A model generated the notes under the pieces. The model had not been told where the DNA came from and did no database searches. It saw only the letters and a program-made list of their open reading frames with translations. A stretch of 61,011 nucleotides of DNA, filler included. It is 3 parts of 3 records of this genome, joined end to end, with 100 filler letters (N's around TTAATTAATTAA, not from the genome) between each part and the next. Parts side by side here need not be neighbours in the genome. Positions count along the whole stretch, not along the records: positions 31,853 to 54,075 come from SRR31156797_4691; positions 54,176 to 61,011 come from SRR31156797_4694; 1 more part is not named here. One strand, given 5' to 3'. The position numbers and the translations under genes were made by a program. Shown piece by piece: positions 47,659 through 57,100 of the stretch (positions are counted from its first letter, which is position 1; each line of letters opens with the position of its first letter).

Positions 47659-50600
47659 TTATGCAAAGTTATCCCCGTTACGCCGAATGAAAAGCCCGCC
47701 GGCTGCAGCCAAAAGCATCACGAAAATGATCAGCCCCCACTGGGTGAGGGTGGGAATCCGGCTGTTGCCCTTCGTCAGGGCAAACACCAGTTGACCCATG
47801 TCCGATATTTTGGGCTGAGTGGACTCCGTGACGGTTATCCGAAGGGAGTTGTTTTCGTATGCCTGCCGGGAGCATGGCTGCCAATTATTCCCGTCCCGGT
47901 AATAGACGACGTCCGTTGATGCCGCGGGGCAAAAGCGAAAGGTCAGGGTCGTCAGGCCCGTGGGGTTTGTTACATCCACCACCCACCAGTCCGAGGCCCC
48001 GGAGAGGGCGGATGTGCCCGACGGTTGCGCTGCATATTTACCGGTGGTGACGGTGTGCGACCCGGTGCCTTCCAGGGTGATGTCCCCCAGACCCGCGGCC
48101 GTATCCGCTTCCCCGATGGTCCCGGAACCGGTGACTGTTTTTGCCTTTGCATCCCCCACAACCGCGGACACCGGGCCGTGCAGGCTACGGCTGCCGGAGG
48201 TGCTCACATCCTCCAGTTTGTAGTAATAGACCTTGGTAGGCGTCACGGCCATGTCGTTGTAGGTGTAGGCGGCGCCGCATGTGGCGTTCCCTTCCGCCGG
48301 GATGAGGGCGCTGGTAATTTTAATATAATCGCCGCTGCTCCCGTCCCGCCGCCACAGGTGAAAGCCGGCGGCGTCCATTTCGGATGCCGTTAGCCAGGTG
48401 AGGGTGACGGCATTCAAAGCCCCTGTTGCGGAGAAGGAAACCAGGTCCACCAGAAGGGGGTTGTCTGAATCGCCTGCCGTCCAACGGGAAAAGCCGTCCA
48501 AACCGGTGGCCGTGAGTGTATTTTCGGTGGTATTCAGTGCCGCGGTAATCTCGGTCCACGTGGACCCGCTGTCGGTGGATTTGTAAAGGAGCAGCCGGTT
48601 CTCGGTTATACCATTCAATTCGGATTCGTCGTAATGGAACACCAGTGTGGCATTCAAGCCGGAGTTGTTGGTGGGATCGATATGGTAATAGCGTTTGATT
48701 CCCGTGTGTCCCGCCCCGGTCTGCGCCGCAACACCCCGGGTGACGGTGGTGCTGCCGAGATCCTTACCCGATGCGGTGATCTCAGCGCCTAGGCCGGCAA
48801 CATTGAGCGAAGAAGGATTGTTAATGTCCCTTGTGGTGGTGATGACGCCGGATGAACCGCCCGCAAGGCCGCCGTCCTCCATCAGATACCCTTCTGTTCC
48901 CAGGGTGATAATCTGTCCATTCAAATCCAGATTGTTTTCAAGGATCAAGTTGCCATTTACCGTCAGGTTCGATGAAAGGGTCATGGAAGAGGAACTTTCC
49001 AGAACCAGGTGGTTGACCACGGGGGTGCCGGAAATGGCCGGGGCGTTCCCGGCCGGGTAGCCGGTGGCATTGGAGAAATCCGGAATGCCCACATTGTCAT
49101 ATGGGGAAGATACGGCCGGCGTACTCCCCCGGCTCCAGTTGGTGGCGGTTGCCCAGCCGGTACCGCTCGAACCGATCCAGGCGTTGAAGGCGGTTGACTG
49201 AACCCAGTCGGTTTCGGGATCCATGTTGGTCAAGGTGCCGTCATTGCCGTTGGGGGTCTGGTCGTAAAGCGTCGTCTCTCCGGCCGCGGCCTGCTGATCC
49301 ATGCGGAAATAGGCCGCCAGGCCGGGTTCGTCTCCCTGCAGGGACTGGCACAGATTGTCCCTGATTTCCTGTGCGGAAAGCGCCTTGTCCCAGAAACTCA
49401 GTTCGTCCACCTGACCGTCCAGCGTCTCAGCGTACGGACTCGTATGATCACTCCCGATCATGTTGCCCACGGTAAATAAATCGTAAGGGGACTTCGGCGC
49501 TTGCAAGGTGTATGAATAGCTCAACAGTTTTCCGTTCAGGAAGAACCGGAGCGTCCCGTTTTCCCGCCGCATGGCCACATGGTTCCATGTCCCGGCGGAT
49601 ACGGTCACACCCGTGTTGTGCCAGGAGACTGCACCATACAGACCCAGCAACTCACCGTTGTTGAAGCAGAAGCCGTATCCTCCGGAATCGTCTCCGTTGT
49701 ATGTGACAAATTGGTACTGATTCGCGACGATCCTATCCAGCCTGACCCACGCCATGATGGTCCAGTTGTCCGTATTGGTCATGATGCGGCGGGAGCCGAG
49801 CACGTACTCATCCGGGTCGGAAGGGTCAAAATCCAGGGCATTGCCCGGGCCCCTCACGGCCCCGGAGGTCTGCCAGGCAGGGGCACCGGTCAAGGTACCG
49901 TCGTTTTCGCCGACGCCGGAATCATGGGCCGTGGTCCCGGTGCCGGTGTCCAGCTTGTAGTAGCTCACAAGACCGGTCTCGTTACCCTGCAGTTCTCGGT
50001 GCATGTTGGCCCGGATCTCATCCGCTGATCTCGCTACGTTCCAGACACGGATTTCATCCATATGACCGTTCAAATAACGACCCGAACTTACCGCGCCGAT
50101 CCGGAAGGAACTGTTCGCCGTGATATCACCGGTCTGTGCTTTGGAAGCATCCTCTTTTCCATTGATGTAGATTTTCATATGGCTGCCGTCATAGGTGGCG
50201 GCCAGATGATGCCAGTTGTTGGTACTCAATTTGGTGTTTCCGTTCAGCTTTGTTTCGCCGCCCGCATATAAAACAAACTGGGGCTTTTCCTTGTCCAGAC
50301 CTGCGTCTCCGAATCTGAAAAGCGCCGTGTCATTACCATCTTCCTCGCCCATGACACTCGATATATTGGGAAAAACAGATTGAAACGCCACAGGCCTGAC
50401 CCATGCCTCCAGGGTCAGGGCCGATCCGCTCAGATTGATGGTACCGCAATCCACATAATCATCCGTTCCGTCAAGACTCAAGGCATTGTTCCCGCTGATC
50501 CGGACCGGCAAGGTGCCGCTGCCCAGCGCCATCCCGCCGGTGCGGGTGGCGGTGAGGGTCGGTGTGCCGAAGGTGTCGTCGCGGCAGTAAAAGGTGACCG

Positions 50601-53574
50601 AACTGGAACCATCGGGGATGGTGGCGCTGGTGATGGCCGTGGTTCCGGCTGAATCGCTGTAAAAGGCGGCCCCCGAGGGATTTGAGGTCAGGCTGAATAC
50701 CGTGTTCTGATTCACATTGGAGGCCTGGTTCACCGAATCCAGCGCCGTGAGGGTAAAGGCGCCCAAGCCGTCCTTGAGGATGGTGGCCGGCCCGGTCAGT
50801 TGCACATGGGTGGGGAGTTCCACTTCCGTGGTGAAACTGACCTCATTCCCATAGGCCGTGGTCACGGTGTTGGCGGCATAGGCCCGGACATAATATGTGG
50901 TATCGGGATTCAGCCCGGCAATGTCGGTACTGAAGGTCCCGGTTCCGGCGACAGCGCCCTCAGTGGTGCAGTCGTCATTGATATCCGGAGATGTCTCCGT
51001 GCTCCAGCAGACCCCGTGCTGGGTGGGGTTGGGGTACCCGTTGTTGGTGATGGCGCCGTGGCCGGTGGCGGTCTTGTCCGCGATGTTGTCCACGGCCTGG
51101 GTGGTCACCGTGGGCGCGGTGTTGTCGAAGATCCAGTTGACATTATTGCCCGAGGTGACGCAATTCTTGGACGATGCGTCGATTTCCGTTCCGCTGGTGT
51201 TATTGGAATCTTTGACGTTCAGGTAAGCGATGGTTGGCGGGTTAGCAGGGTTGATGTTCCAGCGGGCGCCCTCCGATGAGCTGCGCAGGGACAGGAGTTC
51301 TCCGCTTGCCCCCTGGAAATTCATGGTATTGGTGATGGTGGTCGTGCCGCCGGCGGCAAAAGTCAGGGCAGCGGCCGAGGAAACCGTCTTGGTGAGGTTG
51401 TAAAAGGAGTTGTCCCCGCTGACGGATTGATTCGTACCGTCAAGGGCGACGGTGTGGGTTCCGGGCGTCAGGGTCCCTGAATTGGCCCAGGCGCCGCTCA
51501 CCGTGATGTCGCCTGAAAGCTCCAGCGTGGTGTTTGCGCCGATGGTCACGTCATGGTAATCCGAGGCGCTGACGAAAATGCCGTCCGTGATGTTCAGCCA
51601 ATTGGCGACGGCCAGGGTGCTGCCCGCGGCGGACACTTTTTCCAAGGCATGGGTGTTGCTGATGGTCAGATTGTAAAAGGAAGTATCCCCGCTGATGCTT
51701 TGAGTTGAAGCTCCGTCAAAGGTCACCGTTCCCGACCGCCCGTTGAACGTCCCGCCGTTGCTCCAGTTGCCCGCCGCATTGATCCCGTGGTTGCTGCCGC
51801 TAGCATCAAGGGTAACACCGCCGCCAATGCTCAGGTTGCCATTCGCGTCAACCGCCCCGGCCAGGGTTTTGGTGCCGGAGCCTCCGAAGGCCAGGTTGTT
51901 GTAGTTGGCGCCGATCACCGTCTGCGCCCCGCCGGCATCGTAGGTCACGGTTCCCGTCCCCGGCGTCAGGGTCCCCAGGCTGGTAACGGCGCCGCCCAGA
52001 TTGAGGGCGCCGGCATCCGTAAAGGTCACCACGCCGTCTGTGGCGTCAAACCCGCCGTTGACGTCCACGGTGCCGGTGGAAATGGTCAGGGTCCCGGACA
52101 CGGTCAGATCCACGCCCTCGCCGTCGGCCACGGTGAGGGTTTGGCCGCCGGCCACGGCCAGGGTACCGCCGGATGCCACCGTGGTCTGATCGGTGGTGAC
52201 ATCGGCGCTTACGGTGACCGTGTGTGTGTTCCGTATGGTCGCCCCGAGGCTGGTTTCATCGGGCGTGGCGGTGGCGTCTTCCCAGGTCGACCCATCGGAA
52301 GACTGCTGCCAGGTAGCGGTTTCACTCCAGTTGCCGCCGTCCTTGCTGCGGAAGTAGAACGCCGGAATATAGTTCGCCGAATACGCCCCGATGCTGGTGT
52401 TTTGATTGTTCATGCGCAAAATGCCCCGCTGATCGGTATAAGCGCCGTCAATCCGGGGGCTGTTGTTCCAGCTGTTGGCCGGAGGGATACCCGTGGTCGG
52501 GCTTGCCGCGGCGAAGCTGTCCGATGCCAGAGCCAGGGTCGGGGTGGGGCCTCCGTTGTCGGCAAGACCTGTGGCAAGATTCAGGTTTTGATTGCCAAGT
52601 TCAACACCTCCCTGAGTCCAGGAGGAAAAGCCGGTTCCGCCCTCGCCGTACTTTGTATTATATAGGATGGAAGTAGCTGAGTTGAAACCGCCGGCCCAAG
52701 CGGCGGCACCTGTATTGGAATTTTCAACCACGTTGTAACCGTTGTCGACCAGGCCCCCCATTCCCATCATATCGTTAAACTGATAGTCAGAACCACCTGA
52801 ATTATTGGCAATAATCGTGTTTCTCAAAGATGCCTTGGAATCCTGCAGCGTCAACCCTCCACCACAAAATGAACTGCCGGTAATGTTATTGGCTATGGAA
52901 GTATTTTCTATTACTGAATTTGTATTACCCCCACCCAAACATACCCCGCCACCATCAAAATCGGCACGATTATCATGTATTGTTGATAACTGAATATTGA
53001 TACCTGAATTAGATCTATCATATATTCCACCGCCATGATGTGTTGCCGCAGAATTTCCGCTTATTGTGGATTCTCTTATGGAGAGATTTCCATTGTTATA
53101 ATTAAATATTCCACCGCCCCAATTCCCCTTATTATTTTCTATGACGCATCTGATAATATTCAAACCTGCATTGTTATATATCCCCCCGCCATCACTGGCA
53201 ACATTTCCATGCCTGATGGTCATATCTTCAAGGGTAACTGTGCCGCCGGTGATGTTGAACACCCGCCACGAGGCCGTATCGGGGGTCGCCGAGGCCTGAA
53301 TGATCGTCAAACCCGCGCCCGTCCCGGTAATGGTCAGGTCTTTGCCGATGGCCAGCTCAGAACCCAGGGTTATGGTGTAGTCCGAATCAAAATCAATGGT
53401 GTCTCCGGATGCGGCATCGGAAATGGCCTGCCTGAGAGAGCCCGATCCCGAATCGGCGTCATTGGTCACTGTGATGGTGTTCGCCCATGCCGGAGACAGC
53501 GTTCCTGCTCCAAGGAGCGCAAAAATAATGGAAAACCCCAGAAACCGGGGCATTTTTGAAAACAAATGGCTCAT
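47659..53574 (-). CDS. Large modular surface protein with IPTL-CTERM anchor (beta-helix/choice-of-anchor-Q-like, FN3-like, two LamG domains)
   Basis: Signal peptide; GSLRQAI; GGGI repeats; LADNGGPTPTLAL...DQRG; YYVRAYA; two LamG modules (W.HLAATYDG / DEIRVW; WNHVA / DELSFW); IPTLTQWG-TM-RR. Confidence 0.88.
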   Translation of the reverse strand: MSHLFSKMPRFLGFSIIFALLGAGTLSPAWANTITVTNDADSGSGSLRQAISDAASGDTIDFDSDYTITLGSELAIGKDLTITGTGAGLTIIQASATPDTASWRVFNITGGTVTLEDMTIRHGNVASDGGGIYNNAGLNIIRCVIENNKGNWGGGIFNYNNGNLSIRESTISGNSAATHHGGGIYDRSNSGINIQLSTIHDNRADFDGGGVCLGGGNTNSVIENTSIANNITGSSFCGGGLTLQDSKASLRNTIIANNSGGSDYQFNDMMGMGGLVDNGYNVVENSNTGAAAWAGGFNSATSILYNTKYGEGGTGFSSWTQGGVELGNQNLNLATGLADNGGPTPTLALASDSFAAASPTTGIPPANSWNNSPRIDGAYTDQRGILRMNNQNTSIGAYSANYIPAFYFRSKDGGNWSETATWQQSSDGSTWEDATATPDETSLGATIRNTHTVTVSADVTTDQTTVASGGTLAVAGGQTLTVADGEGVDLTVSGTLTISTGTVDVNGGFDATDGVVTFTDAGALNLGGAVTSLGTLTPGTGTVTYDAGGAQTVIGANYNNLAFGGSGTKTLAGAVDANGNLSIGGGVTLDASGSNHGINAAGNWSNGGTFNGRSGTVTFDGASTQSISGDTSFYNLTISNTHALEKVSAAGSTLAVANWLNITDGIFVSASDYHDVTIGANTTLELSGDITVSGAWANSGTLTPGTHTVALDGTNQSVSGDNSFYNLTKTVSSAAALTFAAGGTTTITNTMNFQGASGELLSLRSSSEGARWNINPANPPTIAYLNVKDSNNTSGTEIDASSKNCVTSGNNVNWIFDNTAPTVTTQAVDNIADKTATGHGAITNNGYPNPTQHGVCWSTETSPDINDDCTTEGAVAGTGTFSTDIAGLNPDTTYYVRAYAANTVTTAYGNEVSFTTEVELPTHVQLTGPATILKDGLGAFTLTALDSVNQASNVNQNTVFSLTSNPSGAAFYSDSAGTTAITSATIPDGSSSVTFYCRDDTFGTPTLTATRTGGMALGSGTLPVRISGNNALSLDGTDDYVDCGTINLSGSALTLEAWVRPVAFQSVFPNISSVMGEEDGNDTALFRFGDAGLDKEKPQFVLYAGGETKLNGNTKLSTNNWHHLAATYDGSHMKIYINGKEDASKAQTGDITANSSFRIGAVSSGRYLNGHMDEIRVWNVARSADEIRANMHRELQGNETGLVSYYKLDTGTGTTAHDSGVGENDGTLTGAPAWQTSGAVRGPGNALDFDPSDPDEYVLGSRRIMTNTDNWTIMAWVRLDRIVANQYQFVTYNGDDSGGYGFCFNNGELLGLYGAVSWHNTGVTVSAGTWNHVAMRRENGTLRFFLNGKLLSYSYTLQAPKSPYDLFTVGNMIGSDHTSPYAETLDGQVDELSFWDKALSAQEIRDNLCQSLQGDEPGLAAYFRMDQQAAAGETTLYDQTPNGNDGTLTNMDPETDWVQSTAFNAWIGSSGTGWATATNWSRGSTPAVSSPYDNVGIPDFSNATGYPAGNAPAISGTPVVNHLVLESSSSMTLSSNLTVNGNLILENNLDLNGQIITLGTEGYLMEDGGLAGGSSGVITTTRDINNPSSLNVAGLGAEITASGKDLGSTTVTRGVAAQTGAGHTGIKRYYHIDPTNNSGLNATLVFHYDESELNGITENRLLLYKSTDSGSTWTEITAALNTTENTLTATGLDGFSRWTAGDSDNPLLVDLVSFSATGALNAVTLTWLTASEMDAAGFHLWRRDGSSGDYIKITSALIPAEGNATCGAAYTYNDMAVTPTKVYYYKLEDVSTSGSRSLHGPVSAVVGDAKAKTVTGSGTIGEADTAAGLGDITLEGTGSHTVTTGKYAAQPSGTSALSGASDWWVVDVTNPTGLTTLTFRFCPAASTDVVYYRDGNNWQPCSRQAYENNSLRITVTESTQPKISDMGQLVFALTKGNSRIPTLTQWGLIIFVMLLAAAGGLFIRRNGDNFA

Positions 53575-53918
53575 AATCCTCCCTTTTTAGAACAATTTTC
53601 CACGTGATTTTGATGTGCGCCGGTTTCAGATCCTTGGATGGCATGACAACTGAATCATACAGATCCTAAATCCCATGAACGTCCCAAAAAGAGAAAAAAG
53701 TGAGATTTTTTTCAGATGTTCCGTCTTCAGGTAGAAGCTTTACGGCTACGTTTCCATTGAGCATGAACAATTCCTTGCCCATATTCAACGGCCGGATGCA
53801 CAAGCCATGGATGTGATGGAGAAGAAAATCAGGTGAATGAAAAGATTTGTCAAAATTCCCGTTGCGGACCGGGGAGGCTGATACAGTGACCGTTTCCTCC
53901 CTTGGTTCCCTGGGTCAC

Positions 53919-53996
53919 ATGAGCGTCCTTCTGGCCGAAGACGATGGGAGCATGCGCAAAACCCTGACCAGAACCCTTGCTCATTCGAAGGAATAA
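53919..53996 (+). pseudogene. Possible remnant of a receiver domain
   Basis: MSVLLAEDDGSMRKTLTRTL then stop; matches the first strand/helix pattern of REC domains. Confidence 0.3.
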
Positions 53997-54075
53997 ACCA
54001 CTGCATGCCAGTGGTAAGAACAATGGCTATGCCGTACATTAGTGCCGAGAAAAAAGAAATCTCCTACAATGAGAG

Positions 54076-54175
54076 NNNNNNNNNNNNNNNNNNNNNNNNN
54101 NNNNNNNNNNNNNNNNNNNTTAATTAATTAANNNNNNNNNNNNNNNNNNNNNNNNNNNNNNNNNNNNNNNNNNNN
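54076..54175. other. Artificial contig spacer (N44-TTAATTAATTAA-N44)
   Basis: Identical 100-bp structure to the first spacer. Confidence 0.97.
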
Positions 54176-54352
54176 CATGGCTGACGGTCATGTTATTGAT
54201 ATTCGTTTTGCGAATACCAATTATATATTCCTCCGGGTAAAATTTAAGATCTCCTCGACCTTGGAAAAAATTCCGCATTATGGACAGGCGCTAATAGAAT
54301 TTAAAAATTATACAGGCCTGACCGATCCCCCCTAGATCCGGCCTTATACATC

Positions 54353-55732
54353 CTACCCTAATCCATATTTTTTCATTTTCTGATACAGTCCGGTTCGGTG
54401 TATATTCAATCGTCTCGCGGCTTCGGCCCGGTTGGATGTTTCAGCCAGAGCTTCCTGAACGGCCAGTCTTTCAGTTTCTTCCATTAAATATTTTAAAGTC
54501 TGTTTTCCGGTCCTATTATTCGCGTCTGTTGACGGCCCTTCCCCTATTTCGGGTATATCGCCGCGCTTTATGTTTTTTTGATCGCATACGATCAAGGCTC
54601 GTTCGGCCGAGTTGCGCAATTCGCGCATATTACCAGGCCAGGAATAGTTTTCAAGGGATTCTTTGACTCCGGCCAATACTTCCGGCGTTTTTTTCCCCAC
54701 GGTCAATACACGGACAAAATGTTTGAAGATTGGGAATATATCGGATTTACAATCACGAAGAGGAGGCAGGTCGAGCATCATGACATTGATTCTGTAATAC
54801 AGGTCGTGGCGGAAATCACCCGATTCAACAAGGGATTTCAAATTCTTATTTGTAGCGCAAATCAACCTGAAATCCACGTTTCTGGGGCGGCCGCCGCCGA
54901 GCCGTTCAACTTCCTTTTCCTGGAGCACCCTTAAAAGCTTCATTTGCATGGAAGCGGGCATATCCCCTATTTCGTCCAATAAAATGGTTCCATGATGTGC
55001 AAGTTCAAATTTGCCGGGCTTGCCCGATTTTGAAGCGCCGGTAAAAGCTCCTGGTTCATAACCGAATAATTCGGATTCAAAAAGCTCGCCCGGAAGAGCG
55101 GCGCAATTGACCTTGATGAAATTTCTGCTTCGCCGGTCGCTTAACCGATGTATGGCATGGGCGAACAATTCCTTACCTGTTCCCGATTCACCGGTAATAA
55201 TAACGGGGGAATCGGTTTGAGCGGCCCGGCGGGCCAGGCGTTTGACTTTCAGGATGGGCTCGGACGTCCCCATTATGTTTTCAAAAGAATACCTGGTTTC
55301 GTGGAAGCGGTTCAATTCGGACTTATAATAATCGATGCGCTGTTCCAGCCGGTGGATCCGTTCATGCAGTTCCTTGAGCTTGCCCGGATGCATAAACATG
55401 AGTTTCCCGGCTGCGCCGACAAGCTTGCCGTCTTTTAAAAGGGGGATGCGGGATATAATCCGCGGCTTTTCGTCCAGGACCATGCGGCGGCCGATTTCCG
55501 CCGTTTGAGTGCGCAGAACCCGGTCCATTCTCGTTTGCGGAGAAACCTCGCGAATGTGCTTGCCGATCGCCTCATCGGGCGTCACGGAATATACGCCTTT
55601 ATTTGAGCTGGACATGTATTTTACGATTCCCTGCGCGTCCACAAGAATGAGGCTTTCGTAGGGATTGTCCAGAAGAGCGTTTAGCAGTTCCGGAGGTATC
55701 CCCATTACATCTTTTTCATCTTTGTTATCCAT
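54353..55732 (-). CDS. PAS-domain sigma54-dependent Fis-family activator
   Basis: PAS-like N-terminus, GESGTGKE, ESELFG...GAFTGA, LLDEIG, WPGNMREL, C-terminal HTH. Confidence 0.95.
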   Translation of the reverse strand: MDNKDEKDVMGIPPELLNALLDNPYESLILVDAQGIVKYMSSSNKGVYSVTPDEAIGKHIREVSPQTRMDRVLRTQTAEIGRRMVLDEKPRIISRIPLLKDGKLVGAAGKLMFMHPGKLKELHERIHRLEQRIDYYKSELNRFHETRYSFENIMGTSEPILKVKRLARRAAQTDSPVIITGESGTGKELFAHAIHRLSDRRSRNFIKVNCAALPGELFESELFGYEPGAFTGASKSGKPGKFELAHHGTILLDEIGDMPASMQMKLLRVLQEKEVERLGGGRPRNVDFRLICATNKNLKSLVESGDFRHDLYYRINVMMLDLPPLRDCKSDIFPIFKHFVRVLTVGKKTPEVLAGVKESLENYSWPGNMRELRNSAERALIVCDQKNIKRGDIPEIGEGPSTDANNRTGKQTLKYLMEETERLAVQEALAETSNRAEAARRLNIHRTGLYQKMKKYGLG

Positions 55733-55757
55733 AGGTTATCGTCCAGTCTTTTATCAA

Positions 55758-55865
55758 TGTCTAATTATTTATACATGTATAATAAATACTACTCTAAACG
55801 AGTGACGCAGTAATTGTAAAGCTATAAAATGATTTATGCGTTTATTATGTATATGATCTTCTACA
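55758..55865. promoter_or_regulatory. Two TGT-N12-ACA sites, candidate activator binding sites
   Basis: TGT-CTAATTATTTAT-ACA (55758-55775) and TGT-ATATGATCTTCT-ACA (55848-55865). Confidence 0.55.
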
Positions 55866-56084
55866 CGCCCGGTTATTAATGCTTCGTAATTTTTGTTTAC
55901 AATCGCCTTACCCAAAAAAAACCTGGCGGAAGGTCTACCGAGGCAAACCGCACGCCCCTTATCGTCTTTTTCCTACAAATTATGCGTATTAGACCTGAAA
56001 CAATCTTTTTCATTTACAATTGAATCTGAATAGGCCTATCATTTTCATTAATCAATTTTAAAAGCTCCATTCTTAACCCGGTTT

Positions 56085-56100
56085 CGGCAAACATTTTGCC
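56085..56100 (+). promoter_or_regulatory. sigma54 -24/-12 promoter
   Basis: CGGCAAACATTTTGC = GG-N10-GC with TTGC, 80 nt upstream of the operon and divergent from a sigma54 activator. Confidence 0.75.
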
Positions 56101-56179
56101 TTAAGTCGGGCATGTCCCAACAAGGGAATGCTTTCGGCCTCGGGGCCGGTAGTGTTTTGTTCTTGAAAAGGAGGGGTTT

Positions 56180-57058
56180 ATGTCCATTAATTCAGTGTTT
56201 GTAGTCGGATCGGGCCTCATGGGTTCGGGCATCGCCCAGGTTTGCGCCCAGGCCGGGATCAACGTTTATTTGAATGACGTCTCCGGGGAAGCCCTGGATA
56301 AGGCTGTGAAGTCCATTGCCTGGTCTTTGGGCAAGTTTCTGGAAAAGGGAAAAATCAAGGAAGATGTTGACACGGTCATGGCCCGAATTGAGACGACATT
56401 GGATATGTCGCCGGCTGCTGAAGCAGATTTGGCCATTGAAGCTGTGTTTGAAAACATTGATGTAAAGAGCAAGGTGTTTACCGAGTTGGATAAGGCCTGT
56501 GGAACGGACGCCATGATTGCCTCGAATACATCGGCCATTCCCATAACCGACCTGGCCGCTTTCACCGGCAGGCCGGATAAGGTTCTCGGCCTGCACTTTT
56601 TTTCTCCGGTTCCAATGATGCAGGCGGTGGAGGTCATCAAGGGCGTCGCCACGTCGGAAGAAACAGCAAAAGCCGGGCGGGGCTTTGTCCAACAAATCGG
56701 CAAGGAGCCGATCATGGTCAACCGCGACATTGCCGGCTTTGTCATCAACCGCATCAATTTTCCATCCACCATAGAGGCGATGCGGCTGGTTGAAGAGGGC
56801 GTGGCAACTTGCGAAGACATAGACAAAGGGCTGAGACTGGGTTCCGGAAGAAGAATGGGGATATTTGAAACAGGCGACATGGTGGGTCTGGACGTAACCT
56901 ATGGGGCCATGATGGCATGTTACAAAGAGACCGGCGATCCCAGGTTTTATCCGCCTTTGTTGTTAAGGCGCAAGGTCAAGGCCGGCCATTTGGGAAGAAA
57001 AACCGGCAAAGGCTGGTATGAATATAATCCTGACGGGTCTCGAAAAGAAAGTTCGTGA
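56180..57058 (+). CDS. 3-hydroxyacyl-CoA (3-hydroxybutyryl-CoA-type) dehydrogenase
   Basis: GSGLMGSGIAQ, IEAVFE, ASNTS, GLHFFSPV, GRKTGKGWY. Confidence 0.93.
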   Translation: MSINSVFVVGSGLMGSGIAQVCAQAGINVYLNDVSGEALDKAVKSIAWSLGKFLEKGKIKEDVDTVMARIETTLDMSPAAEADLAIEAVFENIDVKSKVFTELDKACGTDAMIASNTSAIPITDLAAFTGRPDKVLGLHFFSPVPMMQAVEVIKGVATSEETAKAGRGFVQQIGKEPIMVNRDIAGFVINRINFPSTIEAMRLVEEGVATCEDIDKGLRLGSGRRMGIFETGDMVGLDVTYGAMMACYKETGDPRFYPPLLLRRKVKAGHLGRKTGKGWYEYNPDGSRKESS

Positions 57059-57100
57059 GCCCCGCCGATTCAATAGTCAATCAGGCATTGGAGAGAACAC

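Noticed and set aside
32118-52665. Long opposite-strand ORFs (e.g. 34223..35164, 42179..42985, 44759..45535, 51787..52665)
   Set aside because: Antisense shadows of well-supported genes in GC-rich DNA, with no recognisable motifs
53640-53790. c-di-GMP-I riboswitch upstream of the surface-protein gene
   Set aside because: Only scattered fragments (GGGACG, TATGAT); the GCAAA/GAAA P2 and P3 stems could not be built. An Rfam scan would settle it
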